Shown here piece after piece: positions 29,512 through 41,592 of a DNA stretch of 64,000 nt. The stretch is from an uncultured Collinsella sp. (GTDB lineage: Bacteria; Actinomycetota; Coriobacteriia; Coriobacteriales; Coriobacteriaceae), in NCBI GenBank assembly GCA_900762015.1, contig CAAFEX010000038.1, positions 6,578 to 70,577 on the forward strand, read 5' to 3'. The notes under the pieces were generated by a model that worked only from the letters and a program-made list of their open reading frames with translations, had not been told where the DNA came from and searched no databases. The translations under genes were made by a program, and so were the position numbers. Positions within the stretch are counted from its first letter, which is position 1; every line of letters begins with the position of its first letter.

Positions 29512-29541
29512 ATAGGTGCGTGCTCTCAAGCAACGAAGTTT

Positions 29542-29569
29542 ATTATACGGACGAATCAGCTCAGGGCAA
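29542..29569 (-). promoter_or_regulatory. Sigma-A promoter of tRNA-Asn
   Basis: TTGCCC-16 nt-TATAAT with an AT-rich upstream tract. Confidence 0.7.
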
Positions 29570-29595
29570 GAACTTTTTTAAGAAATTTTCCGCCC

Positions 29596-29651
29596 TAGTC
29601 ATTGGGGACGTACTTAAACGACCAGTCATTCAAGAACGTCCCCAACGACTA
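29596..29651. repeat. Inverted repeat (27-bp arms, GGGGACG core), REP-like
   Basis: 29596-29622 matches the reverse complement of 29625-29651 at 23/27. Confidence 0.7.
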
Positions 29652-29654
29652 CAT

Positions 29655-29690
29655 AAAAGCGCCCTCAAGCGGATGTGCTTGAGGGCGCTT
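29655..29690 (-). terminator. Terminator after sigA
   Basis: AAGCGCCCTCAAGC/GCTTGAGGGCGCTT stem plus T tract. Confidence 0.8.
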
Positions 29691-29703
29691 CTTGCTTGCG
29701 AGG

Positions 29704-31053
<1,350 letters not shown>

Positions 31054-31163
31054 AGATTCTCCCTTCATAGTCCACAGGACTCAATACTTTAGCACACACA
31101 TTGACGTCTATACCCAAAAAGAGGACTGGATATAGGCGAGAATACGCTGGTTGACCACAACAT

Positions 31164-33272
31164 CTAGGCTTGTTCGGTGCCCGCGGCCTCCAGGCCGATC
31201 AAGCGGAACGGGTCCGCCACGCCGCCGATCGACTTTTGCAGTTCGCGTTGACGCTGCGAATCCTGCGCGGCCTGAACGGTCAGCGCACGACGGGCCTCAT
31301 CATCGAGTGAACGGTCCTGGCGCAGCTTGGCCTGTGCAGCACGCATGTGGCGTTTGATGGTGTAGAGCTCGAGCGTATCGAGCATAAACACGATGTTCGT
31401 CTCGGTGGGGTGCTTGCTCGTCGCCGAGATGCGCCCGGCACTCACAAGCGTTGCCGCCTCGGGACACACCGAGCGCGCCGCATCCATGCAGGCTGCAGGA
31501 TCGGTTCCCGGCGGCGTTGCCAGAACGGCCCACGCGATGGACTCGTGACGTGGGTCAACCCACTCGATGGAGCAGATGCGGTCGGCATACGTGCGGAACA
31601 GGTCGGGGTAGCTCGTGAGCATGGTCAGCAACTCGCGCTCCCCTGCCAAGGACTTGCGCTCAAGATCGGTAAGAACCATCGGCGCCGCCGCAGCCGGTGC
31701 GTTCGAACCATCAGGCACAGGCACAGCGCCCATACCATCAGGCACATCGATCGGCGGAAGATCGTCGACGACCTCCACGGGCGCGGCACCGTAGGCATCG
31801 AGCGGGACATAGTCGTACGGCTCTTCCTCGACCGGCGCGGACACCGGCGGCGTCGCGCCCGATGCCCAAGCACCGCGACCAGCATCGCGAGAACCCGATG
31901 CCCGACCGCCCGCATTTCCAGAGCGCTCGGCCTGCGCCCTCTGGCGCTCATAGTTTTGCTCGCGGCGGCGCTCCGCATCTTCGCGCTTGGCGACATCGCG
32001 AAACACGCGGCCCGAGCTCGCACGCACTGTCTCCAGATCCAAACCCAGCAGATCGGCAATCTGGATAAAGTACGTATCGATCATATAGCTATCGCGCAGC
32101 GGATAGATGAGCGTGAGAGCATCCTCCAGCGCCTTAGCGCGACCGCCTGGCGTGGTGATGTCGCTCGACTCCTGCAGCGAACGGTAAACAAAGTCCATAA
32201 GCGGCTCGGCAGCGTCGATGCGCGCCTGCAGTGCCTCGCCACCATGCGCCGTGATGAACTCCATGGGATCGTTGCCGTCGGGTAGCACCACGCAGCGCAG
32301 ATCCATCGAATCCTGCTCGATAAACTGAATCGCGCGGCGAGCGGCCTTTTGACCGGCGGCGTCACCATCGAACATATACACGATGCGCTTGGCAAAACGA
32401 GTGAGCGTCTTGACGTGATGCTCCGTGAGCGCGGTGCCCAGCGTGGCGACAACGTTTTTAATCCCCGCCTCCCAACAGGCGATGCAGTCGGTATAGCCCT
32501 CCACCACGATGGCGGTATCCTGCGCGACGATAAACTCCTTGGCCCAATTAAAGCCGTAGAGGTTTCGCTTTTTATGAAACACGCTCGTCTCGGCGGTATT
32601 GAGGTACTTGGGTTGGCCGTCACCCATGATGCGACCACCAAAGGCAATGTTGTGACCCTGCTCATCAAAGATGGGAAACATCACGCGGTCGTAGAAGCGG
32701 TCGGCAAGCTGTCCACGCCCGCGACTCACAGCCACGTTGGCGTCGATCATCTCCTGCGGGGTAAAACCCGCCTGGGACAGGTGCGACACCAGCGCATTGC
32801 GACCCGGCGCAAAGCCCAGGCAGTAGCGGCGGCAGACGTCGCCACCCATGCCGCGGCTGGCAAAGTACTCGCGTGGACGGCCGTCCTTACCGCGCATAAG
32901 CATGGTGTGGTAGAACTGGGCGGTCTCGGCGCACAGATCGTAGATGCGGGCACGCTTGGTACCGCGCTCGCGGCGATCTCCGGTGTCATGCAGCTCAATA
33001 CCCGCGCGGTCGGCCAAATACCGGATTGACTCGGGAAAGCTCAGGTTCTCGCGCTTCATGATATAGGTGAAGACGTCGCCACCCTCGCCGCAGCCAAAGC
33101 AATGCCACACCTGCGTGGCGGGAATAATGTGGAAGGACGGAGTCTTTTCGCCATGAAAGGGACAGCAACCCCAAAACTCATGACCGCGAGGCTTGAGCTC
33201 AACCGTTTCCTGCACGATGGCGACTAAGTCGGACGCAGCGCGTACCTGGTCTTTTTCCTCATCGCTAATCAC
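31164..33272 (-). CDS. dnaG: DNA primase
   Basis: CPFH..KTPSF..CFGC zinc ribbon, KYLNT, VVEGYTD and DGDAAG TOPRIM motifs. Confidence 0.97.
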   Translation of the reverse strand: MISDEEKDQVRAASDLVAIVQETVELKPRGHEFWGCCPFHGEKTPSFHIIPATQVWHCFGCGEGGDVFTYIMKRENLSFPESIRYLADRAGIELHDTGDRRERGTKRARIYDLCAETAQFYHTMLMRGKDGRPREYFASRGMGGDVCRRYCLGFAPGRNALVSHLSQAGFTPQEMIDANVAVSRGRGQLADRFYDRVMFPIFDEQGHNIAFGGRIMGDGQPKYLNTAETSVFHKKRNLYGFNWAKEFIVAQDTAIVVEGYTDCIACWEAGIKNVVATLGTALTEHHVKTLTRFAKRIVYMFDGDAAGQKAARRAIQFIEQDSMDLRCVVLPDGNDPMEFITAHGGEALQARIDAAEPLMDFVYRSLQESSDITTPGGRAKALEDALTLIYPLRDSYMIDTYFIQIADLLGLDLETVRASSGRVFRDVAKREDAERRREQNYERQRAQAERSGNAGGRASGSRDAGRGAWASGATPPVSAPVEEEPYDYVPLDAYGAAPVEVVDDLPPIDVPDGMGAVPVPDGSNAPAAAAPMVLTDLERKSLAGERELLTMLTSYPDLFRTYADRICSIEWVDPRHESIAWAVLATPPGTDPAACMDAARSVCPEAATLVSAGRISATSKHPTETNIVFMLDTLELYTIKRHMRAAQAKLRQDRSLDDEARRALTVQAAQDSQRQRELQKSIGGVADPFRLIGLEAAGTEQA

Positions 33273-34272
33273 GGATGCTCACCCCCTGCTCACTCAAGTT
33301 GTGACGAATGTCCTCGATATTACCCTCGACGGTAGCGATCAACTCATCCAGCGAATCGAACACACGCGACGGACGCAGCCAGCGTGTAAATGCCAGCGAA
33401 ACGGAAGCGCCGTACAGGTCACCCATATAACCAATTAAATTAGCCTCGAGATGCGCAGATGCCGCATCGTCGGCATACGTCGGCGGCAGTCCGACGTTAA
33501 CAGCAGCGGGCCACACGGTGTCATCGACGAGCACCAAGCCCTCATACACGCCATCGGCAGGCACCTGAATGCCGTCGGGAACTTGCAGGTTTGCCGTGGG
33601 AAAGCCCATGCCAGAACCCTCGTGACGGCCGCGAATAACACCGCCGCGCACCATATACGGACGGCCGAGTAACTCAGCAGCAAGCTCCACATGGCCCTGT
33701 CCCAGCTCATGGCGAATGCGGGTGGCGCAAATGGCCTCACCGCCCTCGCAAAGCAGGTCGTGACCATACACGTCAACGCCGTGCTCGGAACCCCAGGCGC
33801 GCATCTCGGCAACACCAGAAGCTCCGCCACGACCCAGCCTAAAGTCACTGCCAACGCGAATCGATCGAATGTCGACCAGACGCGACACCAGCGAGAGAAA
33901 ACCAACATGGTCAAGCGCCGCAACCTCAGGCGTAAAGGGAACGGCCACCACCGCATCGACCCCGGTTTGAGCCAGGGCATGCAGACGGTCGGCCGTCGTC
34001 ATCAATTTTTGAGCGGGCGAAAGGCTCACCACAACGTCCGGATCAGGATCGAAGGTAACCACGACCGCCTTACAGCCATGGGCACGGGCATCACGGACAA
34101 GCGCTTCGATGAGCTCCTGGTGTCCACGGTGCACGCCGTCGAACACGCCGATGGCGATCGATGCGGCACCCAAGTGCTCGCACTCATCAAACGTATCGGC
34201 AGTAACGATGCGAGCCTCGTCCGACTCGCCCGCGAAAAAGACACGCGCGAGCTCGCGAGCGGACAACATCAT
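33265..34272 (-). CDS. ribF: Bifunctional riboflavin kinase/FAD synthetase
   Basis: GVFDGVHRGH and GFPTAN motifs; downstream of truB. Confidence 0.95.
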   Translation of the reverse strand: MMLSARELARVFFAGESDEARIVTADTFDECEHLGAASIAIGVFDGVHRGHQELIEALVRDARAHGCKAVVVTFDPDPDVVVSLSPAQKLMTTADRLHALAQTGVDAVVAVPFTPEVAALDHVGFLSLVSRLVDIRSIRVGSDFRLGRGGASGVAEMRAWGSEHGVDVYGHDLLCEGGEAICATRIRHELGQGHVELAAELLGRPYMVRGGVIRGRHEGSGMGFPTANLQVPDGIQVPADGVYEGLVLVDDTVWPAAVNVGLPPTYADDAASAHLEANLIGYMGDLYGASVSLAFTRWLRPSRVFDSLDELIATVEGNIEDIRHNLSEQGVSIRD

Positions 34273-35201
34273 CGAACACCGCCGATTGCTTGCGGAAACA
34301 CGTGCTCCATAACAAAGCGGCCACTCTCAATGCGGGCGAGCGCCTTGAGTCCCCCATCGAGCACCAACGCAAACGGCGCCTTCGAGGCATCGAAATCGGC
34401 AAGCGCACGCTCAACGGGAATGCGTCGGCCGCAGAGCAGGTCGTCGGCAAGATTGCCCGGCAAGTCAACACGCGTTGCGCCCAGGGCCGCAATGGGATCC
34501 AGGGCAAAGCCAGCGGCGGACTCGGGAGAAAGCTCCTCCACCGCATGGCAGGTGCCAATGGAAACAACACCGGACGTGGTGCGACGCAAAGCGGAAATAT
34601 GCGCGGCGCTATCGCAAGCGCGGCCCAGGTCGCGGGCAAGCGCACGGATGTAGGTGCCCTTGCTTACCGAAAACGCCACGGTCCACACACACGTATCGCC
34701 CTCGCCGCTCACGGCGATCAGGTCGGCGGCATAGACCTCGACCGGGCGCGGAGGCAGGTCAACCGCATTGCCCTCGCGAGCAGACTTATAGGCGCGGACG
34801 CCGTTAACCGAGATGGCTGAAAACGCCGGCGGCACCTGCATCTGCGGACCCAGCATAGCGGCCAGTTGCTCACGGGCATAGACGGGATCGCGCAGCTCCG
34901 AGGCAATAGCCACCGTACGAACGGCTTCGCCCTCAGCGTCATCGGTATTAGTCTCGGCGCCAAAAGAGATGTCGGCGACATAGCTTTTGGTGTCGAGGGT
35001 TAGCATGCCCAGCAGACGAGTGGCCTGGCCCACGCCCACCACCATGACACCCGATGCCATGGGGTCGAGCGTGCCAGCATGGCCGACGCGCCGCTCATGG
35101 AGGGCGCGTCGGCACTGCGAGACCACGTCGTGGGACGTGCAGCCCACCGGCTTATCGACGGCGAGCAGCATATTCAATTGTGAAGGCGTACGACGAGCCA
35201 T
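34269..35201 (-). CDS. truB: tRNA pseudouridine(55) synthase
   Basis: DKP.G.TSHD, GHAGTLDP, SKGTYIRAL. Confidence 0.97.
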   Translation of the reverse strand: MARRTPSQLNMLLAVDKPVGCTSHDVVSQCRRALHERRVGHAGTLDPMASGVMVVGVGQATRLLGMLTLDTKSYVADISFGAETNTDDAEGEAVRTVAIASELRDPVYAREQLAAMLGPQMQVPPAFSAISVNGVRAYKSAREGNAVDLPPRPVEVYAADLIAVSGEGDTCVWTVAFSVSKGTYIRALARDLGRACDSAAHISALRRTTSGVVSIGTCHAVEELSPESAAGFALDPIAALGATRVDLPGNLADDLLCGRRIPVERALADFDASKAPFALVLDGGLKALARIESGRFVMEHVFPQAIGGVR

Positions 35202-35216
35202 GTACCATCCAAAAAG

Positions 35217-36260
35217 TTAAAGCTCGACGGTCACCGAAGCGGGATCCTCCCCTACCAGTTCGGCCAGCATGGGAAGCGCCACGGTGAGCGTCTCGAGAAT
35301 CGTTCCGTTGTTGGAGAAACCGGCGGCAGCGGAATGCCCGCCTCCGCCAAAGGCAGCAGCAATCTCGGACACGTTGAGGTCGCCCTTTGAGCGCAGGTTG
35401 CCGCGCACCTTGGTATCGCCCTCAATGCCCTTCAGGAACAGGCAGACCTCGACGCCCATCACCGAGCGCACCACATCGACCAGGCCGTCGCACTCATCCG
35501 AGGTGACACCGCAAGCCTCAAGGTCACTCTGGTACGCGTAACTATACGCGACGCGCCCGTGGGCCACCGTCTTAATGCGGCCCATAACGATGGACTTGAG
35601 GTGCAAAAACTCGACGCGCATGCTCTGATAGACCTCGAGCGCGACGCGCGCCGGATCAGCGCCGTGGGCAACCAGACGCGAGGCCGCATGGAACGCGGCG
35701 GCATCGGCGTTTTGGTACTGAAAACGGCCGGTATCGGTAACCAAGCCACACAGCAGGCAAGTCGCAACGCCATCACGTGCGACAATGCCACAATTGTCCA
35801 AGAAACGGTCGATGATCATTGCGCAGGCTGCAGCTTCAACGAGCCTCAGGCTGAGCTCGGCAAACTCCTCGCGCGCCGGATGGTGGTCGAAGCACACCAC
35901 ATGCTTGGAGCGACGAAGCACCTCGGCCGAGTTGTTGAGACGCTCGACGACCGGTACGTCCACCGAGATGAAAAGGTCAGGATTGCCGGTGTACGCAGAT
36001 GCCGGCACCAGGCGATCGGAGCCTTCCATAAAGCGGTAGATGCGCGGAACCGGGTCATCATCTGCCAGCAGCAGCGCAATGTCCTTGTTGGGGAAAAACT
36101 TCATGAGCGAAAGGCCCAGACCCAACACGGAGCCCAAGGCATCGCCATCGGGAGAAGTATGTCCCGAAATCGCAATGGAGGACGCACCCTCGATGAGCTC
36201 GAGGATGCGTCGCTGAATATCTGCAGACTCGCACGAGGCGAGGTCGGCGGAATTAGTCAT
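35217..36260 (-). CDS. nrnA: DHH/DHHA1 phosphoesterase (NrnA-like)
   Basis: H..PDGDALGS, DHH, DTGRF and GGGGH motifs; rbfA-truB context. Confidence 0.88.
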   Translation of the reverse strand: MTNSADLASCESADIQRRILELIEGASSIAISGHTSPDGDALGSVLGLGLSLMKFFPNKDIALLLADDDPVPRIYRFMEGSDRLVPASAYTGNPDLFISVDVPVVERLNNSAEVLRRSKHVVCFDHHPAREEFAELSLRLVEAAACAMIIDRFLDNCGIVARDGVATCLLCGLVTDTGRFQYQNADAAAFHAASRLVAHGADPARVALEVYQSMRVEFLHLKSIVMGRIKTVAHGRVAYSYAYQSDLEACGVTSDECDGLVDVVRSVMGVEVCLFLKGIEGDTKVRGNLRSKGDLNVSEIAAAFGGGGHSAAAGFSNNGTILETLTVALPMLAELVGEDPASVTVEL

Positions 36261-36663
36261 CTAAAGCTGCCTCCTGGGCGGCATCCGCTATCGGATAGCC
36301 GTCCTCGTCCTTTTCGATCGCAAGCGTGGCGGGAACGTTTTCCAGCGCACGCGTGATGCGCTCGGCCTCATCGGTCGAGCGATCGATGCGAAAATCGAGC
36401 TCGGGCGTGACACGCCAATCGAGCGAGCGAGCCAACAGGCTGCGAATACGGCCCTTGGCGCTTGCGAGCGCCTCCATGACCTCGTCGTAGCGGCTCGCAT
36501 CGCACGACACGTACACACGCGCGAACGAACGGTCCACCGCGACCTCGACCGCGGTCAAAGTAACCAGGTCGAGACGCGGATCGGAAACCTCAAAGAGCAG
36601 GATATAACCGAGCTTCTCGCGAAGCTGCTCGCCCAGACGGCGGGTTGCCTGCGTTTGCTTCAT
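36253..36663 (-). CDS. rbfA: Ribosome-binding factor A
   Basis: DPRL..VT...V..D...ARVY and PELDF motifs; follows infB. Confidence 0.95.
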   Translation of the reverse strand: MKQTQATRRLGEQLREKLGYILLFEVSDPRLDLVTLTAVEVAVDRSFARVYVSCDASRYDEVMEALASAKGRIRSLLARSLDWRVTPELDFRIDRSTDEAERITRALENVPATLAIEKDEDGYPIADAAQEAALDD

Positions 36664-36674
36664 AGCGCTACCCC

Positions 36675-39389
36675 TTACTCGGTACGGGCAACCTGGTCGA
36701 TACGGTAACCCTCGATCTGGTCGCCGGGTTTGATGTCCTGGAAGTTCTCCAGGCCAATGCCGCCCTCGGAACCGCTCTTGAGGCTCTTGGCCTCGTCCTT
36801 GTAGTGGCGCATCGAGGCGATCTTGCCGTTGAAGACCACGATGCCGTCACGCACCAGGCGCACGGAATCGGTCGCGGCGATCTCGCCCTCCTCGACGCGG
36901 ACACCGGCGGCGATACCGACTTTGGGCACCTTGAAGGTGTCCAGGACGGTCGCGGTACCCGTGGCGACCTCGACCTCGGTGGGCTTGAGCATGCCGATAC
37001 GGGCGGCGTCGAGCTCCTCGAGGCACTTGTAGATGACGTCGTAGCAACGGATCTCAACGCCCTCGCGCTCGGCGGCGGAGCGGGCCTTACCGTCGGGACG
37101 GACGCCAAAGCCGATGATGATGGCGTTGGAGGCGTCGGCCAGGACGACGTCGGTCTCGTTGATGGCACCGACAGCGGAGTGGATCGTGTTGATGCGAACC
37201 TCGGACTGATCCATCTTGTCGAGCGAGTCCTGAAGGGCCTCGATGGAACCTTGGACGTCGGCCTTGATGATCAGGTTGAGCTCCTTGACCTCGGCATCGG
37301 CAATGGTCTCGAAGAGGTTCTCGAGCGTGACGTGCTTGACGCGGCTCTGCTCCTCGATACGGGCCTTGAGCGAACGCTCGTCGGCCAGCGCACGGGCCTC
37401 GCGCTCGTCCTCGAACACGCGGAACTCGTCACCGGCGTTGGGTACGGACTGCAGGCCCAGGATCTCGACGGCGTCGGAGGGACCAGCCTCGGTGACGGCG
37501 CGACCCTTGGGGTCGAGCATGGCGCGAACGCGGCCGTAGGTGAGGCCAGCGACCAGCGTATCGCCCACGTGCAGGGTACCGCGGGTCACGAGCACGGTAG
37601 CGACCGAGCCGCGGCCCTTGTCGAGCTTGGCCTCGAGAACGTTGCCGGAGGCAAAGGTGTCCGGGTTGGCCTTGAGCTCGAGCACGTCTGCCTGGAGCAG
37701 CACGGTCTCCAGAAGGTCGTCGATACCGATCTTCTGCTTGGCCGAAATGTTGACGAACATGTTCTGTCCGCCCCACTCCTCGGGGATGACGCCGTACTCG
37801 GTGAGCTCCTGACGAACACGGTCGGGGTTGGCGCCCGGCTTATCGATCTTGTTGACGGCGACGACGATGGGTACGCCGGCGGCCTTGGCGTGGTTGATCG
37901 ACTCGACCGTCTGGGGCATGACGCCGTCGTCGGCGGCGACGATCAGGATGACGATGTCGGTCACCTTGGCACCACGGGCACGCATGGCCGTAAAGGTGGC
38001 GTGACCCGGGGTATCGATGAAGGTGATCTTGCGGTCGTTGATCATGACCTGCGAAGCGCCGATGGCCTGCGTAATGCCGCCCGCCTCGCCGGCAGCAACG
38101 CCGGTGTGACGGATGGCGTCGAGCAGCGACGTCTTGCCGTGGTCGACGTGACCCATAACGGTGACGACCGGGGCGCGCGGCTTGAGGTCGGCGGGATCGT
38201 CGTAGAACGAGAAGGTGTTCTCCTCCTCGGGGGTGATGATCTTGATCTGACGGCCCAGGTCGTCGGCAACGAGCTCGACGAGGTCATCGGACATGGACTG
38301 CGTCATGGTAAGCGGCGTGCCCAGCAGGAACAGGCGCTTGATGATGTCGTTAGCCGGAACGTCGAGCGCCTCGGCGAGCTCCTGGACGGTAACGCCCTGG
38401 GAGACCTTGATGGCGTCGAGGTCCTCGGGGTTCACGCCCTGGGCCAGCGCCTCCTCAATCTTGCGCTCTTCCTGAGCCTTTGCGGCCTCGCGCTCGCGCT
38501 TCTCCTTGCGTTTTTTGCGGCGACCAGTGGACTCGCGAGAGGCCTCCTCGACGGCGGCACGAGCCTCCTCGAGCACCTTCTCGCGGCTGTACTCCTCGGC
38601 CTCGCGAGCCATGCGGCTGTAGTGGTCCTCTTCGTTGTTGTGACCGCCCTTGCGCTTCTTGCCCTTGCCCTGCTTATCGGGGTTGGGGAAGTCCATACCG
38701 GCAGCGACGTTGTTGCTGGCATTAGTGCGATGGCTGTGGGGACGGCTCTCGGAGGCGTTGCGCTCGGAGTTGTTGTCGGAGGCGTTGCGATCGTTACGAC
38801 GGCCACCGCGGCGGTCGTTGTTGCCGCCACGACGGTTGCCGCGCTCGGCGGCGCGCTCGGCCTTGGCCTTCTCCTCGGCGTCCTTCTTCTCCTTGAGCAC
38901 GGTCTCCTGTGCGGCGATCTGGTCGAGCAGCGAACGGAAGCGCGAACCGGAGTCGGAAGCGGGAACGGCGCGGCGCTGGGCCTCGCGGGCAGCCTCCTCC
39001 TTCTCGCGGGCAAGACGCTCCTGCTCGGCCTTCTTCTTGGCCTCGGCCTCAGCGCGGGCGGCCTCCTCGGCAGCCTGGGCGGCGGCGAACTGGCGGCGCT
39101 CCTCCTCGCGTGCCTTCTCGGCGGCGATGCGCTCGCGCTCGGCCTCGGCAGCGCGTGCTGCCTCCTCGGCGGCGGCTGCCTGCTCCTCGGCCCGCTTGGC
39201 GGCCTCGACTTCCTTCGCGCGGGCCTCGATCACCGAGGCGAGCTGCTTGCGGACCATGGCGACATAGGCGTCCTCCAGGGCGGAGGAAGCGGACTTAGCG
39301 GGAATCTTCATTTCGGCGAGATGACCCATCAGTTCCTTGGAGGTCATGCCGAACTCTTTGGCCAGGGTGGACACACGGACTTTTGCCAT
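36675..39389 (-). CDS. infB: Translation initiation factor IF-2
   Basis: [18 protein letters not shown] and KADVQGS motifs. Confidence 0.99.
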   Translation of the reverse strand: MAKVRVSTLAKEFGMTSKELMGHLAEMKIPAKSASSALEDAYVAMVRKQLASVIEARAKEVEAAKRAEEQAAAAEEAARAAEAERERIAAEKAREEERRQFAAAQAAEEAARAEAEAKKKAEQERLAREKEEAAREAQRRAVPASDSGSRFRSLLDQIAAQETVLKEKKDAEEKAKAERAAERGNRRGGNNDRRGGRRNDRNASDNNSERNASESRPHSHRTNASNNVAAGMDFPNPDKQGKGKKRKGGHNNEEDHYSRMAREAEEYSREKVLEEARAAVEEASRESTGRRKKRKEKREREAAKAQEERKIEEALAQGVNPEDLDAIKVSQGVTVQELAEALDVPANDIIKRLFLLGTPLTMTQSMSDDLVELVADDLGRQIKIITPEEENTFSFYDDPADLKPRAPVVTVMGHVDHGKTSLLDAIRHTGVAAGEAGGITQAIGASQVMINDRKITFIDTPGHATFTAMRARGAKVTDIVILIVAADDGVMPQTVESINHAKAAGVPIVVAVNKIDKPGANPDRVRQELTEYGVIPEEWGGQNMFVNISAKQKIGIDDLLETVLLQADVLELKANPDTFASGNVLEAKLDKGRGSVATVLVTRGTLHVGDTLVAGLTYGRVRAMLDPKGRAVTEAGPSDAVEILGLQSVPNAGDEFRVFEDEREARALADERSLKARIEEQSRVKHVTLENLFETIADAEVKELNLIIKADVQGSIEALQDSLDKMDQSEVRINTIHSAVGAINETDVVLADASNAIIIGFGVRPDGKARSAAEREGVEIRCYDVIYKCLEELDAARIGMLKPTEVEVATGTATVLDTFKVPKVGIAAGVRVEEGEIAATDSVRLVRDGIVVFNGKIASMRHYKDEAKSLKSGSEGGIGLENFQDIKPGDQIEGYRIDQVARTE

Positions 39390-39480
39390 ATGACTTCACC
39401 TACCCTTTCTGGCACCTTGGGTGCCTAGAGACTGAACAAGCGTGGGGTATGCGCTGGGACCCGCCCGGCGCGACCGCGCG

Positions 39481-40728
39481 CTAGATCAGGTCCTCCGCAT
39501 CATCGAAGGCGTCGGTGTCGTGAACACCGCAGAAACGGGAGCCGGGACGGGCCTGGTTGCGGCACTGGATGCCGTCCTCGGACACGAACTCGCAGCGACG
39601 GACGTCCTCGTCCTCCTCGTCACCGATCAGGTCGGCGGCGGGCTCCTCGTGAACGGGAACGTTCTTGAGGATGTCGGCGGCAAGGGTCTCGGACTTGATG
39701 TCGATGTGCCAGCCGGTCAGGCGCGCGGCGAGGCGGGCGTTCTGGCCCTCCTTGCCGATGGCGAGGGACAGCTGGTCGTCGGGCACGATGACGCCGGCAT
39801 AGGCCTTCTCCTCGTCGATAAGGACGCGGGTGACCTTGGCAGGCGACAGGGCGTTGGCAACGTAGACGGCCGGATCGGCATCCCACAGGATGACGTCGAC
39901 GCGCTCGCCACGGAGCTCGCCCACGACCGCGCGAACACGGCTGCCCTTGGGGCCGACGCAGGCGCCCACGGGATCCAGGCGATCGTCGAGCGAGTGAACG
40001 GCGACCTTAGAGCGCTGACCGGGCTCGCGGGCGATCGACTTGATCTGGACGGTGCCCTCATAGATCTCGGGCACCTCCTGCTCAAACAGACGACGCATGA
40101 GCTCGGGATGGGTACGGGAAATGACAATCGGCGGACGGCTGTGCTCGCCACGGACCGGCTGCAGGTTGGAGTTGGGGTCGCGAACGTCAATGATCACGGC
40201 CTTGATGTGCTGGTTGTGCAGGTAGCGCTCGCCCATCGGACGCTCGTTGCGCTCGTTCTCGTAACGACGCTGGTCGAAGTGCGGAAGCTCGGCCTCGACG
40301 CCCTCGCGGATCTTGACGATCGTAAAGTCGGGAGTGGACTGCAGCACGGTGCCGCTGATGAGGTCACCGATGCGGCCGGAGAACTCCTCGTAGATCTGCT
40401 CGCGGGCGGAGTTACGCACGATGGCGTTGATCTCTGCCTTGGCGTGCTGGGCGGCGATGCGGCTCGTGTTCTTGGGGGTGACGTCGATCTCCTCGAACTC
40501 GGTGAAGTTGCCCTCCTCGTCCATGGAATCGTCGATCGGCTCCAGGCGGTAGACGTAGATCTTGCCGGTGGTGCGGTCGATGGTCACCTTGGCGCCCCAC
40601 TCAAGATGCAGGATCTCGGCATAGCTCTTGGCGAGCGACTGCTCCAGGCGGTCGATCAGGTAGAGCTGGTCGATGTGCTTCTCCTGGCAAAGCTCCATCA
40701 GGGCGGACATCATGTCGGATGCTGCCAT
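39481..40728 (-). CDS. nusA: Transcription termination factor NusA
   Basis: S1 and KH domains, [32 protein letters not shown]. Confidence 0.98.
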   Translation of the reverse strand: MAASDMMSALMELCQEKHIDQLYLIDRLEQSLAKSYAEILHLEWGAKVTIDRTTGKIYVYRLEPIDDSMDEEGNFTEFEEIDVTPKNTSRIAAQHAKAEINAIVRNSAREQIYEEFSGRIGDLISGTVLQSTPDFTIVKIREGVEAELPHFDQRRYENERNERPMGERYLHNQHIKAVIIDVRDPNSNLQPVRGEHSRPPIVISRTHPELMRRLFEQEVPEIYEGTVQIKSIAREPGQRSKVAVHSLDDRLDPVGACVGPKGSRVRAVVGELRGERVDVILWDADPAVYVANALSPAKVTRVLIDEEKAYAGVIVPDDQLSLAIGKEGQNARLAARLTGWHIDIKSETLAADILKNVPVHEEPAADLIGDEEDEDVRRCEFVSEDGIQCRNQARPGSRFCGVHDTDAFDDAEDLI

Positions 40729-40729
40729 C

Positions 40730-41224
40730 TTACTTTCCTTCCTTCGCGGGCTTGAAGTCGTAGGTGGGCTTCAACTTGCACTTTTTAACATCAGAAAAAT
40801 CGAGGGTAACGGACTCGCCGTCCTCGAGCACGAGGGTCACGTTCGTCTCGGTAGCGGCGGCAATCTTGCCGGCGTACTTGCGACGGCCCTCGGTGGCGGT
40901 GGAGGTGAGCTCACAGTTTTCGCCCACAAAGCGGGCAAAGTCACTCGGGCGGCGCAGCGGGCGCGCCATACCCGGGCTCGACACCTCGAGCGTATAGCTC
41001 GAAGAGATGGGGTCGAGCTCCTCAATTACATCGCCGACCCACTTGGTGTTGGCCGTGACGTCGTTGAGCGACAGGCTCTGACCCTCGGCACCCTCGATAC
41101 GCACGCGCACGCAGGGGGCCTTGGTGGCACCCACGAGCTCGACGTCGACGATGTCGACATCGTGCTGGGGGGCGACGGCCTCGAGCGCGTCGATGATCGC
41201 CTGCTCGGTCTTGGTCTTGACCAT
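40730..41224 (-). CDS. rimP: Ribosome maturation factor RimP
   Basis: YTLEVSSPG.RPL motif; first gene of rimP-nusA-infB; ATG at 41224 after GGAGG. Confidence 0.95.
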   Translation of the reverse strand: MVKTKTEQAIIDALEAVAPQHDVDIVDVELVGATKAPCVRVRIEGAEGQSLSLNDVTANTKWVGDVIEELDPISSSYTLEVSSPGMARPLRRPSDFARFVGENCELTSTATEGRRKYAGKIAAATETNVTLVLEDGESVTLDFSDVKKCKLKPTYDFKPAKEGK

Positions 41225-41244
41225 TGCGGCACCTCCATCCATAC

Positions 41245-41277
41245 AAAAAAGAAGCGGGGCCGAAACCCCACTTCTTT
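41245..41277 (-). promoter_or_regulatory. rimP-leader attenuator hairpin
   Basis: AAGAAGUGGGGU-UUCG-GCCCCGCUUCUU+UUUU between the promoter and rimP RBS; position and form match the known rimP leader. Confidence 0.75.
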
Positions 41278-41302
41278 CAATTACAACTTCATTTGCAATC
41301 AA

Positions 41303-41331
41303 ACTATAACAATAGCTGCGGAAACGTGCAA
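41303..41331 (-). promoter_or_regulatory. Sigma-A promoter of the rimP operon
   Basis: TTGCAC-17 nt-TATAGT with TG extension. Confidence 0.65.
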
Positions 41332-41592
41332 GCACAGTACGAATCTGCAGGTCAGCGTGCGCACAGCTTCTCCACAAGAATAGGACAATTGGCCGAGGAG
41401 CCCCATGCGGCGCACCCTCAACAGCCCCAAAACGGGCCATGCGTCCCAACCCGCCAAGCGAATCGGGCCCTATGGGCATTCCTCTCTTGGGTGCACATCG
41501 GCCAGACTACAGCTAGGGACATTCTGCAGCAAAAGGCCGGCCGCGCGCATTGGCCGCACAACCTTCCAAAACCCTACGGCAAGGAGGCACCC

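Noticed and set aside
38880..39260. Repetitive GCCTCCTCGGC-like sequence
   Set aside because: Encodes the normal Ala/Glu/Arg-rich IF-2 linker; not a CRISPR or DNA repeat element
41225..41592. Upstream extensions of the rimP (249 aa) and lipoprotein (313 aa) ORFs
   Set aside because: They span promoter and leader sequence; RBS-supported starts are 41224 and 41593
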